A stretch of 64,000 nt of DNA from an uncultured bacterium (GCA_902778895.1 CACYZF010000002.1:140574-204573), one strand, 5' to 3'. Shown: positions 27,940 through 38,004, counted from the stretch's first letter. Notes: generated by a model from the letters alone, not told the origin. Translations and numbers: made by a program.

Positions 27940-30090
27940 ATGCTCCGTTTTGCCTGTCCCTTCTGCCATTTCCAGATCTCCGTCGAAGAGTCCGACGCCG
28001 GAGGCCGTATCGTATGCCCGGCGTGCAGCAAGACGGTCGCGATCCCGGCCACGCGCTTCGACAACGGCTGCATCATCGGCGATTTCATCATCCAGAGCCG
28101 GATCGGAGCGGGTTCCGCGGGGACTGTGTTCCTGGCGCAGCAGATCTCGCTGGAACGCGAAGTCGCGCTGAAGGTGCTGTCCCACAAGAATATGACCGAA
28201 AAGGGCGTGGCGACGTTCCTGAACGAAGCCCGCGCCGCCGCCAAGCTCAGCCACGTCAATCTGGTGCAGTCCTACGCGGTTGGCGAGGACGACGGCTACA
28301 GCTACATGGCCATGACCTACATCAAGGGCGAAACGCTGAAGTCCCGCCTCAAACGCGAGAAGCGCATCCCGATCGACGAGGCGCTGCATATCGTCCAGCA
28401 GGTCGCCGAGGCGCTCTGCTACGCATGGAACGAAAGCCGCCTGATCCACCGCGACGTGAAGCCGGACAACATCATGATCACCGACGACGGCATCGTCAAG
28501 CTCACCGACCTCGGCCTCGCCATGAACCAGAAGGACTGGTCCGAGGACATGGACATTTCCGGCAGCCCGTCCTACATGAGCCCGGAGCAGTTCGCCGGTG
28601 AGCCGCTCGACACGCGCAGCGACATCTACAGCCTCGGCGTCACCCTCTACCAGATGATCACCGGCTCGCTCCCGTTCCGCGCCGTCTCCATCAGCACGCT
28701 CGCTAACCAGCATTTCAACCAGAAACCGGAGCCGCCGGAACACTTCGTGCCCGGCCTGCCCTCGACCGTCTCCGCCCTCATCAAAAAGATGATGGCCAAG
28801 AAGCCGGGGAAACGCTACGCCGACATGGAGGAGCTGCTGGACGCCATCTGGCGGCTGCGCCAGATCACCGCGCCGAGCCGCAACCTCGTGCCGGACGTTC
28901 ATACGATCTCCATCCGCCGTCTGAACTACGAGATCCAGACGGAGTACATGAACAACAAGCGCAAGCAGGAGCGCATCCTGAAAAAACAGCGCGACGAAAC
29001 GAAGATGCCGTGGTATGCCCGGACTGCGCTCGTTCTGATCCCCCTCGCCCTGCTCGCGGTCATCGGCATCTATTTCTTTACGGATTTCCAGCGGCGCGCC
29101 CTCGAACGTTCCATGTTCACGCACGTCGACACGTTTGAACGCCTCGTCGCCAATCCGGAGATCCCCGTGGAACGCCTGAACGCCGAATCCGCGACGCTGA
29201 TCCGGGAGTTCACGACAAAGGGCGCCGTCCGCAGCGACCGCGTCGGCCGTTACGTGCTCTCCCATATCAATTATCTGCTCAGCCAACGCACGGACAAGGA
29301 AAAGCCCGCCGAGGACGGCACAACGGTCTCCGCCGAATCCACGGCCATCCTCGAAAACCAGATCAGCCTGCTGAACGACGAGATCGCAAACCTGAAGACC
29401 AAGGTCGTTCCGCGCCTCAAGGAAGAGATCGACGCCGCGATCAGGGAGGGCGAAGTCTATCACTCCGACCTCATTTCCGCACAGCACGACCTCGTGAAAA
29501 GCAGGGCTGACTACAACGCCCTGAGCAAGACCCGCGAGGAAGAGCTCGCCGCCACCGACGAGCAGAAGATCAATACCATGCGCCAGCGCCTTTATCAGCT
29601 CGTCGTCACGCAGCGTTTCTCCCTCGCCAGACAGATGCTCACGACGGAACAGCTCCGTTCGCCCCGCCTCGAATCATGGTGTCTGGAGATGATGCGCAGG
29701 ATCAATTTCCTGGACCGCGTCTACGCTGTATTCTCCGGCGACGACGTCGACCTGGAGAAGATCACGCAGGCGGAGGCGAAAGCCGCTTACGCCGAGCTTT
29801 ACGGCGAGGACGGAAGGACACCCGAGACCATTCTCTGCGCGTTCGAGACGCTGCGCGGGAACTACGACAAGGCCGCCCAGCTGAGACCGGAGGACCCGGA
29901 GATCCCCGCTACGGCGAATGCCGTCGCGGAGGAACTCGTCTCCGCCGCCAGAACGCTTCATACCATGGGTGAAAAGAAACTCCCTGCGATGTTCGCGGAG
30001 ACCATGGCGCGCCTGCCGAAAACGCCCCAGACGACCGCAGCGGCCGCCACCATCAATGTGCTCTTCGCCGGCTTTCCCCAGAAAAACTGA
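27940..30090 (+). CDS. Ser/Thr protein kinase with N-terminal zinc ribbon, one TM helix and a long coiled-coil/helical C-terminal region
   Basis: CPFC...CPAC ribbon. Hanks motifs GAGSAGTVF, VALKVL, HRDVKPDNIMI, DLGLA and SPSYMSPEQ. TM at ALVLIPLALLAVIGIYFF. Confidence 0.85.
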   Translation: MLRFACPFCHFQISVEESDAGGRIVCPACSKTVAIPATRFDNGCIIGDFIIQSRIGAGSAGTVFLAQQISLEREVALKVLSHKNMTEKGVATFLNEARAAAKLSHVNLVQSYAVGEDDGYSYMAMTYIKGETLKSRLKREKRIPIDEALHIVQQVAEALCYAWNESRLIHRDVKPDNIMITDDGIVKLTDLGLAMNQKDWSEDMDISGSPSYMSPEQFAGEPLDTRSDIYSLGVTLYQMITGSLPFRAVSISTLANQHFNQKPEPPEHFVPGLPSTVSALIKKMMAKKPGKRYADMEELLDAIWRLRQITAPSRNLVPDVHTISIRRLNYEIQTEYMNNKRKQERILKKQRDETKMPWYARTALVLIPLALLAVIGIYFFTDFQRRALERSMFTHVDTFERLVANPEIPVERLNAESATLIREFTTKGAVRSDRVGRYVLSHINYLLSQRTDKEKPAEDGTTVSAESTAILENQISLLNDEIANLKTKVVPRLKEEIDAAIREGEVYHSDLISAQHDLVKSRADYNALSKTREEELAATDEQKINTMRQRLYQLVVTQRFSLARQMLTTEQLRSPRLESWCLEMMRRINFLDRVYAVFSGDDVDLEKITQAEAKAAYAELYGEDGRTPETILCAFETLRGNYDKAAQLRPEDPEIPATANAVAEELVSAARTLHTMGEKKLPAMFAETMARLPKTPQTTAAAATINVLFAGFPQKN

Positions 30091-30245
30091 ACGACTGCCT
30101 CCCCTCCCTGCTCATTCCCCGGCTTCCCCCGGAAAAACGGAACGGCTGTCTTCCCTCCCTGCTCATTCCCCGGCTTCCCCCGGAAAAACGGAACGGCTGT
30201 CTTCCCTCCCTGCTCATTCCCCGGCTTCCCGCTCAAAAACAGAGC
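30070..30245. repeat. 51-bp tandem repeat, about 3.4 copies, starting inside the last codons of the kinase gene
   Basis: GGCTT(T/C)CCC recurs at 30070, 30121, 30172 and 30223. Copies 2 and 3 are identical; copy 1 carries the kinase TGA stop. Confidence 0.9.
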
Positions 30246-30360
30246 TCGTGCCCTGCCGGAGGACAAACGCAATGTTATTCCGCCTCGCGGCAGCAGGAAT
30301 CTTTCGGGCGAAACGAGGTTATCACATTACGGGCGGAGCTTTTTTTTGACCTGAACGGGC

Positions 30361-30390
30361 AAAAAAAAGACGCCCCGTTGCCGGGGCGTC
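30361..30390 (-). terminator. rho-independent terminator of the small basic protein gene
   Basis: On the minus strand, GACGCCCCGgcaaCGGGGCGTC followed by T8. Confidence 0.8.
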
Positions 30391-30412
30391 CCGCAAAAAG
30401 GAAATCAGAGGA

Positions 30413-30595
30413 TCACTTTTTGAACTTGTCCCAGTCATCCTTCTTGACGAAAGCGGTCAGAGAACGACCATCTTTCGTTTCAGCCTTGAAGGCGTAGCGG
30501 GTGCGGGTGCCTTTGCCGAATTTGACCGCTTTGGTGACTTCGGCTTGGACTTTCTTCTTCATCTTGACGTCGTAGAAATTGTGTTTCATGGACAC
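30413..30595 (-). CDS. small lysine-rich protein (60 aa), possible nucleic-acid-binding protein
   Basis: MSMKHNFYDVKMKKKVQAEVTKAVKFGKGTRTRYAFKAETKDGRSLTAFVKKDDWDKFKK. GGAGGAG RBS, consensus promoter and strong terminator. Family not recognised. Confidence 0.7.
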   Translation of the reverse strand: MSMKHNFYDVKMKKKVQAEVTKAVKFGKGTRTRYAFKAETKDGRSLTAFVKKDDWDKFKK

Positions 30596-30618
30596 TCCTC
30601 CAGGTTAAGGGTTAGCCA

Positions 30619-30647
30619 AATATACCCCCACAGTTGAGCATTGTCAA
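30619..30647 (-). promoter_or_regulatory. consensus promoter TTGACA-N17-TATATT (minus strand)
   Basis: Reverse complement of 30642-30647 is TTGACA and of 30619-30624 is TATATT. Exact 17-nt spacer. Confidence 0.65.
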
Positions 30648-30918
30648 GCGGAAAAACGAAAAAAAATGCGATTTTCTTTAAAAAAACTTGTTTTTCGCGG
30701 AAAAATGGCGCATTTTCAATGGTTTTTCGAGTTTTGAAATTAAGATTGCCGACCCGGTTTCCGGCTGCGACACGGGGAAAAAAACGGACACGGGAAAAAA
30801 GCGGAAAAACCGTTTTTGTTCTTTCCCGTGTTGAGCTCAAAAGCGAGTTTCCCGAGGTGGAATGAAGGCACTGATCGAACCTGAACCGGATTCATGTTCA
30901 ATTTGAACAGAATCGAGC

Positions 30919-32436
30919 TCAATCCCGAGCTTGCCGGGCAGCCTGCGCCGCGGCATTTCGAGGCGGGATCACCACGAGGAATAGATGCCGGATCTTTTCC
31001 TCGCCGTACGGGGCGCCGTACGGGAAAAGGAACTCCTTCGCATTATTTCTGAGCTCATCCTCGTCGAGATCGAGCGCTTTCGCCAGTTGCTTCACGTCTG
31101 TTTCCCGAGGATAGACGCCGATCGCGCCTTCTTCGTCCAGGATCGAACTGAATCTGAACTCGTCGTACGGGTCTTCGTACGAGCCCGCATAGGGATGTTC
31201 CGGCAGATAGTGCATGATGCATCCGGCGTACCACATGTCGCCGAACGCGAGCGGGATATCATGCCCGGTTTGTTCACGGTAGAACTCCTGCGCGGTCGCG
31301 GCAAACGTGCGCGCGGTGAAATGGCCGCGGTTGCGCGTCTTCGTGAACCAGTAGCAAATGTCGAACACCTGAACGAGGACGAACAGAGTCATGAGCGTAA
31401 AGAAAAGCTTCTTGAACTCGCGGGGCGAAATCGTGTCCTTCCAGAACGCCATCAGGAAAAATCCCGTGACGAAGAAGACCGGATACGCCCACATCGAGTC
31501 GATCATCATGCCCGTGCCGGCCATCAGCGTGAGCAGCGCGAGCGGCGCAAACTGGACGCAGAGGGCAAGGCGTGCCGCGACGGGATCGGACGGGCGCAGA
31601 TCGCGCGGGCGGAAGCTGAGGAGAGAACGAAGCGGATGGTCCATCGTGAACCAGAGTAGAATCAGCGGCATCACGAACGGGTACAGGTTTTCGCCCAGCA
31701 TAGTCAGAAGGTTCACGACCGGATTCAGTTTCTCCTCGGACACGCGGTCCGTGATATACGTGAACGGTAGAAAATCGTTCTGAACAAGCCATACAATATA
31801 CGGGGCGAGCACGAGCAGGAAGACCCCGAACGCGACGTACGGACCGGGCCGCAGGAAGTATTTGCGCGTGTCGCGTCCGGTCACGATGAACAGGAACAGC
31901 GCGAACAGGAGCGCAAATCCGAAAAACTTGCTGAGCACGGACAGCGCGGACACGACGCCGAACAGGATCCAGTCGGACATGCGGTCATTTTTCACCCCGC
32001 GGTAACAATAGAACGTCATCATGGGCCACAATGCCATGTGCGGCAGGTTCACATTGAACTTGGCCGAGTCAAACGAATAGAATATGATCGTGGTCAGCAG
32101 GATGACGGAAAGAACGGCCTTTTCCGTGCTGAAAAACTCTTTTCCCAACCGGTACATGTACACGAATCCGATGACCAGCATCACCTGGCTCAGCAGATAC
32201 ATCGCGAAATCCGTGTGCGCGAACACGACCGTGAAGATGCCGGCCAGCCACGCTGCGAGAGGCGGATGCTTCGCGTTGCCCATGGAGAACGGATGGCTCC
32301 ACATGATCGTCTCGATCGTATCGAGGGGAAGGACCGTGTAGAGGATGGAGGGAATGGCAGTCAGGAGGATCAGCCACACCGCCATAAAAACGATGAGGTA
32401 ACCGAGAAGACGTTTGTCGTGGTCGTTCATAATCAT
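30919..32436 (-). CDS. ArnT/PMT-like (GT39/GT83) lipid-carrier-dependent glycosyltransferase
   Basis: Polytopic membrane protein. N-terminal LPLDTIETIMWSHPFSMGNAKHPPLAAWL loop typical of the ArnT/PMT_2 family. Start ambiguous (ATG at 32436 or 32430, or upstream at 32514). Confidence 0.75.
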   Translation of the reverse strand: MIMNDHDKRLLGYLIVFMAVWLILLTAIPSILYTVLPLDTIETIMWSHPFSMGNAKHPPLAAWLAGIFTVVFAHTDFAMYLLSQVMLVIGFVYMYRLGKEFFSTEKAVLSVILLTTIIFYSFDSAKFNVNLPHMALWPMMTFYCYRGVKNDRMSDWILFGVVSALSVLSKFFGFALLFALFLFIVTGRDTRKYFLRPGPYVAFGVFLLVLAPYIVWLVQNDFLPFTYITDRVSEEKLNPVVNLLTMLGENLYPFVMPLILLWFTMDHPLRSLLSFRPRDLRPSDPVAARLALCVQFAPLALLTLMAGTGMMIDSMWAYPVFFVTGFFLMAFWKDTISPREFKKLFFTLMTLFVLVQVFDICYWFTKTRNRGHFTARTFAATAQEFYREQTGHDIPLAFGDMWYAGCIMHYLPEHPYAGSYEDPYDEFRFSSILDEEGAIGVYPRETDVKQLAKALDLDEDELRNNAKEFLFPYGAPYGEEKIRHLFLVVIPPRNAAAQAARQARD

Positions 32437-32548
32437 AATACAAATGTGTTGGGGAATGGAGACTGTCCGTACATGCGAACAGGTCGCAGGACGAATTGCA
32501 AAAAAGGGGAACAAATAATTTACACCCGTAAACGGATGTTTTCAAGAG

Positions 32549-34054
32549 TCAGGGGCGAAAACGGTTCAGAATTTCGATATCCGAGAAGTGATGTTTGCCT
32601 TCGCGCGTTTCCTGCCAGGTCTCGTGGCCTTTGCCCGCGACAAGCAGAATGTCGCCCGCATGCGCTTCCCTCACGGCCAGCTCAATGGCCTTTGTACGGT
32701 CAGGCACCGCGAGATAATGCGTTCCGGCCGGGATGCCGGTTTCGATTTCGCGGATGATCGACATCGGGTCCTCGGAACGCGGGTTGTCGCTGGTCAGGAT
32801 CGCGAGATCGGCGAGGCGCGCGCCCGCCGCGCCCATTCTGGGGCGTTTTGTACGATCCCGGTCGCCGCCGCACCCGAAGACCGCGATCAGACGCCCGCCC
32901 GCCGTTAAAACCGCCCGCAGGCTGGTCAAAACGCGTTCCAGCGCATCGTCCGTGTGCGCATAGTCCACGAAACCTGTCGCGCCGCATGCCAGCGGAACCG
33001 CCTGAAGACGTCCCGGGACGTGCGGCATGCATTCCGAAGCTTCCAGCAGTGCATCGAACGGCAGTCCGGTCCCGTACGCCATGCAGAGCGCGGTCAGGCA
33101 GTTCGCGGCATTGAACGCGCCCGGCAGAGGCAAACGCAAGGACGCATCGTGACCATCCATCGTGAACTCAAGTTCGGAATGAGCCGGATCGAGCCGGAGT
33201 TTCCGCAGGGAACAGAAGGTGTCGGGACGGCCCGTGAAGGAAACGGGCAGGACGCGGAGGGCGGGACGTTCCTGTTTCAGCTCGGAAACGAGCCGTGCGC
33301 CTGCGGGATCGTCGATGTTGATGACCGCCGGGGCATTGTCGGCGAGGAGTTCACGGAAAAGGATCTTTTTCGCCTGATAATAGTTCTCCATCGTGCCGTG
33401 GTAGTCCAGGTGGTCGCCCGTGAGGTTCGTGAAGGCGGCCGAGGCGAATCCGAGCGTACCGGATCTGTGCTGGTGCAGTCCGTGGCTGGAACTTTCCATA
33501 ACGGCGTCCGTGACGCCGTTGGACCTCATCGCGGCGAACATCTCCTGCAGCGTGAAAGCGTCGGGCGTGGTGTGCTCGGACGGTTTCGGCCCCGCACCGA
33601 GGTCGCAGCACACGGTCGAGATCAGCGCGGTCTTTGCGCCGGATTTGACCGTGTCAAGGTAATGGCGCATGAAGTACGCCGTCGAGGTCTTGCCGTTGGT
33701 ACCTGTGACCGTATATACGCGGAAGGCGTCCGACGGCCGCCGGAAGAACGTTTCGCAGACGATCGACCAGGCGAAATAGGAATCCGTGACGCGGAGAACG
33801 GGGATGCCGGACGGCGGAGGACTCCCGTAATCCGCCGCGACGACAAGCGCGGACACACCCTTCCGAACTGCATCGGGAATGAATCCGTGTCCGTCGGTCT
33901 TTGCGCCTCTGATCGCGAGGAAGAGTGTGCCGGGGGTAACCTTCGACGAATTGTTCGCGACGGAAGAAATGAGCGGATCCTGAACGGAATCGAACGGCGC
34001 GGCCAGCAGCGGTTTCAGCGCTTCGGCAAAGGTCGACAGGGACAGCGGCGGCAT
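32549..34054 (-). CDS. murE: UDP-N-acetylmuramoyl-L-alanyl-D-glutamate--2,6-diaminopimelate ligase
   Basis: VTGTNGKTSTAYF P-loop, GDHLDYHG and DNPRSEDP motifs. Confidence 0.9.
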   Translation of the reverse strand: MPPLSLSTFAEALKPLLAAPFDSVQDPLISSVANNSSKVTPGTLFLAIRGAKTDGHGFIPDAVRKGVSALVVAADYGSPPPSGIPVLRVTDSYFAWSIVCETFFRRPSDAFRVYTVTGTNGKTSTAYFMRHYLDTVKSGAKTALISTVCCDLGAGPKPSEHTTPDAFTLQEMFAAMRSNGVTDAVMESSSHGLHQHRSGTLGFASAAFTNLTGDHLDYHGTMENYYQAKKILFRELLADNAPAVINIDDPAGARLVSELKQERPALRVLPVSFTGRPDTFCSLRKLRLDPAHSELEFTMDGHDASLRLPLPGAFNAANCLTALCMAYGTGLPFDALLEASECMPHVPGRLQAVPLACGATGFVDYAHTDDALERVLTSLRAVLTAGGRLIAVFGCGGDRDRTKRPRMGAAGARLADLAILTSDNPRSEDPMSIIREIETGIPAGTHYLAVPDRTKAIELAVREAHAGDILLVAGKGHETWQETREGKHHFSDIEILNRFRP

Positions 34055-34057
34055 GAC

Positions 34058-35446
34058 TCAGGCTCCGGCGGGATCCAGAAGCTCAAGATGCGTCGAACGC
34101 GACGCCTTCAGGAAGATGATGCTGCCCGCCTCGAACGGAACAGACGCATCCGCGGCGTCCTTTGCCGACGGATAAGCCATGCAATCCAGACCGGTTTCCT
34201 GCGCGGCGGCGGTCATGTGCGGACCGACGACGAGGAAACGGGCGTTCGGGAAGAGGTGTTTCGCGAGTGCGCAGACGGAACGGTGTCCCTCGGCGCTTGA
34301 TTCGCCAAGTTCGCCCATGTCGCCGAGAATGAGCATGAGCTTCTTCGGATCGGCGAATTCGGAAAGCCAGTTCAGCGAGGCCGCCATGCTGTCCGGATTC
34401 GCGTTGTAGGCGTCGTTGATCCACGTCGAACCGCCGTGCTCGGAGACTCGCATGCGGAGTCCGGGGAGGGTCGTGCGGGAAAGCCCCTCGGCGACCGTCT
34501 CGAACGGGATTCCGAACGTCAGCGCGGCGAGCGCGGCCGCCGCGGCGTTGCCCGCCTGATGACGGCCGGGGATGCTCCACTGGACAGAGACGGTCTCGCC
34601 GGTCGTGGCGCGCGTGAGCGTGAATTTCGCGCCGTGCAGATTGCCGCCCAGATAGTTCGCCGTGAGGTCGGCGTCCGTGTCCGTGAATCCGAACGTGCCG
34701 GTGCGGAACTGCGAGGCGGCGCGGGCGAGGATTTCCTGTCCGGGGCACTGCGCCGGGATGATGGCGAATCCGCCGGGCGCGAGGTGCGTGAAGAGTTTGG
34801 ATTTTTCCTGTGCGACGCCCTCGAGCGAGCCGAGGAATTCGAGGTGGCAGTTCGCGATGGAAACGATGATCGCGAGGTCGGGCATGGCGCAATAGGAGAG
34901 CGGTTCGAGTTCGCCGTGATGATTTGTCCCGGCTTCCAGGATGGCGATGCGGTGGCGCGCATTGAGGCGGAGGAGATTCTGAGGCAGCCCGATCTGGTTG
35001 TTGGTGTTGCCCTCGGTCGCGAGCACGCTGATGGAGTCCATCGCATGCGTGAAGATCGCCCTCAGGGATTCCTTCGTGCTGGTCTTGCCGCAGGACCCGG
35101 ACAGCAGGATGACCTTCAGATTCGGGAAGCGCATACGGTGGAACCGGGCGATGCGCTGGAACGCCGTCACGGTCGAGGGAACGGCGATGGCGGGAACGCC
35201 CGCGGGAACCTTATCAAGTTTGGATTCCTCGACGCAGAGGAGGGAAGCGCCGTTCGCGACGGCCTGCGCAAGGTAGTCGTGAGCGTCGAACGATTCGCCG
35301 GAGAATGCGAGGAACAGGGCGTTTTTCGCGGTTTCGCGGGTGTCCGTGAAGACGGATTCGACCAGGTTGGGCGCGTTGTCGCCGACGAGACGCCCTTCCG
35401 TGGCGCGGAGCAGTTCATGGAGCGTGAATGAAACGTCGAACATCAA
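34058..35446 (-). CDS. murF: UDP-N-acetylmuramoyl-tripeptide--D-alanyl-D-alanine ligase
   Basis: DTRE...[25 protein letters not shown] and [12 protein letters not shown] motifs. Confidence 0.9.
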   Translation of the reverse strand: MMFDVSFTLHELLRATEGRLVGDNAPNLVESVFTDTRETAKNALFLAFSGESFDAHDYLAQAVANGASLLCVEESKLDKVPAGVPAIAVPSTVTAFQRIARFHRMRFPNLKVILLSGSCGKTSTKESLRAIFTHAMDSISVLATEGNTNNQIGLPQNLLRLNARHRIAILEAGTNHHGELEPLSYCAMPDLAIIVSIANCHLEFLGSLEGVAQEKSKLFTHLAPGGFAIIPAQCPGQEILARAASQFRTGTFGFTDTDADLTANYLGGNLHGAKFTLTRATTGETVSVQWSIPGRHQAGNAAAAALAALTFGIPFETVAEGLSRTTLPGLRMRVSEHGGSTWINDAYNANPDSMAASLNWLSEFADPKKLMLILGDMGELGESSAEGHRSVCALAKHLFPNARFLVVGPHMTAAAQETGLDCMAYPSAKDAADASVPFEAGSIIFLKASRSTHLELLDPAGA

Positions 35447-36387
35447 AGTTCCTCCAGGTTGCGGAAATAGTCGATGGTCTGCCTGAGCCCGTCCTCAAGG
35501 GAGATTCCGGGCGTCCAGCCCAGGAGCTCGCGGGCAAGCGTGACGTCGGGCTTACGCCGGGCGGGGTCGTCCTGCGGGAGCGGCTTGTAAACGATCTTCG
35601 AGTTCGATCCGGTAATGCGGATGATGGTCTCGGCGAGCTCGCGCACGGTGAATTCGCCGGGATTGCCGAGGTTGACGGGGCCAGTGACGCTGTCCGGGGT
35701 CTGCATCATGGCCTCAAGCCCGGCGACCAGGTCGGTGACGCAGCAGAAACTGCGCGTCTGGGAGCCGTCGCCATAAATGGTGATGTCGCTGCCCTTCAGC
35801 GCCTGCACGATGAAATTACTGACGACGCGGCCGTCGTTCGGGAGCATGCGCGGGCCGTAGGTATTGAAAATCCGGACGACCTTGATCGGGAGCCCGTACT
35901 GGCGGTGGTAGTCGAAGAACAACGTTTCGGCGCAGCGTTTTCCCTCGTCGTAGCAGCTCCGGACGCCGATCGGGTTCACGTTGCCCCAGTAGGTCTCGCG
36001 CTGGGGGTGCTCCTTCGGATCGCCGTAGACCTCGCTCGTGGAACTCTGAAGGATCGGGATACGGAGGCGGCGCGCGAGGTCCAGCATGTTCATCGCGCCA
36101 AGGACGTTCGTGCGGATGGTCTGGACGGCATCGTGCTGATAGTGGATCGGCGAAGCGGGACAGGCGAGATTGTAGATGGCGTCAACCTCAAGTTCGATCG
36201 GGATGGTGACGTCGTGGCGGATGAGCTCGAACGACGGATTGGAGAGCAGGTGCCGGATATTGTTTTTCGAGCCGGTGAAGAAATTGTCGAGACAAATCAC
36301 GTCGTTGCCGCGGGAAAGCAGCAGTTCGCAGAGATGGGAGCCGATGAATCCGCCTCCGCCTGTGACCAGGATCGTTTGTTTGTGCAT
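35443..36387 (-). CDS. uxs: UDP-glucuronate decarboxylase (UDP-xylose synthase), SDR family
   Basis: [38 protein letters not shown] catalytic motif. 314 aa. Confidence 0.85.
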   Translation of the reverse strand: MHKQTILVTGGGGFIGSHLCELLLSRGNDVICLDNFFTGSKNNIRHLLSNPSFELIRHDVTIPIELEVDAIYNLACPASPIHYQHDAVQTIRTNVLGAMNMLDLARRLRIPILQSSTSEVYGDPKEHPQRETYWGNVNPIGVRSCYDEGKRCAETLFFDYHRQYGLPIKVVRIFNTYGPRMLPNDGRVVSNFIVQALKGSDITIYGDGSQTRSFCCVTDLVAGLEAMMQTPDSVTGPVNLGNPGEFTVRELAETIIRITGSNSKIVYKPLPQDDPARRKPDVTLARELLGWTPGISLEDGLRQTIDYFRNLEEL

Positions 36388-36426
36388 GGAAATCTGCCTG
36401 TCGGGCCGGAATGCCGCGCCGTGCGG

Positions 36427-37806
36427 TCAGCGGCCCTTCTTGGTTGAGGTCGTTTTCGAGGTAGTCGAGGATTTTGTCGAAGTCGATTTCGTCGAGGTCG
36501 AAGTCGAGGAGGCTTTCGGCTTCGCAACGCCGATCTTCACATAGCCCCAGTCCAGCAGCACGCGGATGAAGTTGTCGCGGTCGGCGGCCGACGGGAATCC
36601 GGTCGCGACGGCCAGCAGATTGCGGCCCTCGCGCTGGCAGGAAGCCGCCACGCAGAATCCCGCGCGGTTGGTGAATCCGGTCTTGATGCCGTTCACGCCG
36701 GGAGCCGCGGTCTTCGCGCCGGGGAGCAGGTTGTTGTGGTTCTGGAGCAGGATATAGTCCGGCGAACCTTTCTCACGGAACGGCGCGGTGCGTTTTCCGG
36801 CAAGCTCCATGAGGTAGGGATAGTTGCGGAAAACAAGGCAGAGACGGGCGACGTCCTCGCACGAACTCTGATTGTCGAGCGCCTTGCTCTTTCCGGGGAG
36901 GCCGTGCGCATTGAAGTAGGTGGTGTGCGTCATGCCGAGTTCCTTCGCCCTGCGGTTCATGTCCTCGATGAACTTGTCCGCCTGGCCGCCACCGAGGTGT
37001 TCCGCCAGCAGATGAGCGGCGTCGTTGGCACTGCGGACGGACGCCGCGATGAGGAGTTCGTCGATGGTGAACATCTCGCCTTTTTTGAAGTAGACCTTGC
37101 TCGGTTCCGTGTTGATGGCCTCGGGCGTGACCGGGATCAGGGACTGGAGCGTGTACGGGGAGGAGTCGTCCATGGCGATCTCGTAGGCGAGCATGATGGT
37201 CATGATCTTCGTGAGGGAGGCGACCGGTACGGGATTGGATGAATTCTTCGCCCACAGGACCTTGTTGGTGTCCATATCGACCAGGATGCCCGCCGTGGAG
37301 AGCGTGATGCCCTTCAGCCCGGAAATGTCATCGCGGGCCGCGCCCGTGAAATCCAGCTTGGGAACGACGGTCTTCTTCGGTTTGCGGACGTAGGTCGTGG
37401 AGGGGACGGACGGTGTCGGCTTTTCCTTTGTGGCGGGCAGTCCGGCCAGCGGATCCTTTTCCGTCGTGCCGCCGGTCTTCGTCTGCGAGGATGCCGAAGA
37501 CTGCGTGGATGCCGAAGACTGCGTGGATGCCGAAGACTGCGTGGAAGTACCCTGCGCCGCGCCTGTCTCCGGCTTGCCCGCGGAATTTCCCGTGTCCGGG
37601 TTCTGAACGGCCGACGCCGGATTCTTCTGTTCCAGGGACTGGACCTCGTCCTCCATTTCGGAGATCAGGGCGTTTCCATCCTTGATCTGCTTTTGGGTGT
37701 CGGCGATCTTCTGTTCGTTATCGCCGGTGGCGACGATCAGCCACAGGAGGATGCCGTGTACGGCGATGATCGCGAGGATCAATAAAATCATGGCACGGCG
37801 GCTCAT
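36427..37806 (-). CDS. D-alanyl-D-alanine carboxypeptidase (S11, PBP5-like) with S/T-rich low-complexity segments
   Basis: SLTK (VASLTKIMT), SAN (SANDAA) and KTG (KTGFT) motifs. N-terminal TM, (STQSSA)x3 and a C-terminal S/T/K tail. Confidence 0.8.
   Translation of the reverse strand: MSRRAMILLILAIIAVHGILLWLIVATGDNEQKIADTQKQIKDGNALISEMEDEVQSLEQKNPASAVQNPDTGNSAGKPETGAAQGTSTQSSASTQSSASTQSSASSQTKTGGTTEKDPLAGLPATKEKPTPSVPSTTYVRKPKKTVVPKLDFTGAARDDISGLKGITLSTAGILVDMDTNKVLWAKNSSNPVPVASLTKIMTIMLAYEIAMDDSSPYTLQSLIPVTPEAINTEPSKVYFKKGEMFTIDELLIAASVRSANDAAHLLAEHLGGGQADKFIEDMNRRAKELGMTHTTYFNAHGLPGKSKALDNQSSCEDVARLCLVFRNYPYLMELAGKRTAPFREKGSPDYILLQNHNNLLPGAKTAAPGVNGIKTGFTNRAGFCVAASCQREGRNLLAVATGFPSAADRDNFIRVLLDWGYVKIGVAKPKASSTSTSTKSTSTKSSTTSKTTSTKKGR
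37489..37542. repeat. 18-bp exact tandem repeat x3 within the carboxypeptidase gene
   Basis: GGATGCCGAAGACTGCGT repeated three times, encoding STQSSA on the minus strand. Confidence 0.85.
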
Positions 37807-38004
37807 TTGCGAACGGCCTCCGGTCCCATGGAAAGACTGAAAAACTGCTTGTTGCGCATGACGAATTCCTGTTTTTTGAAATGCGGTTGAGATACTATAT
37901 CACAAATTCCGGAAAAAGAAACTATGTTTCTTGTTTTTTTCTGCAAAAATATGCTTCCGCGGCGGTCCGGCGGGATTATGAAGCGGTTTTGACCCCCTTT
38001 CCTC

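Noticed and set aside
30088-30090. Kinase TGA as a selenocysteine codon
   Set aside because: I could not identify a convincing SECIS-like stem-loop immediately downstream, and no selenoprotein context exists. It is kept only as an untested readthrough possibility in the findings.
30070-30245. Possible CRISPR array
   Set aside because: The 51-bp units are directly contiguous with no unique spacers, there are only about 3.4 copies, and there are no cas genes nearby. This is a plain tandem repeat.
29918-30349. ORFs spanning the 51-bp repeat (29918-30349 + and 29958-30272 -)
   Set aside because: Both overlap the 3' end of the kinase gene in other frames and owe their length to the stop-poor repeat. 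There are no start signals or recognisable domains.
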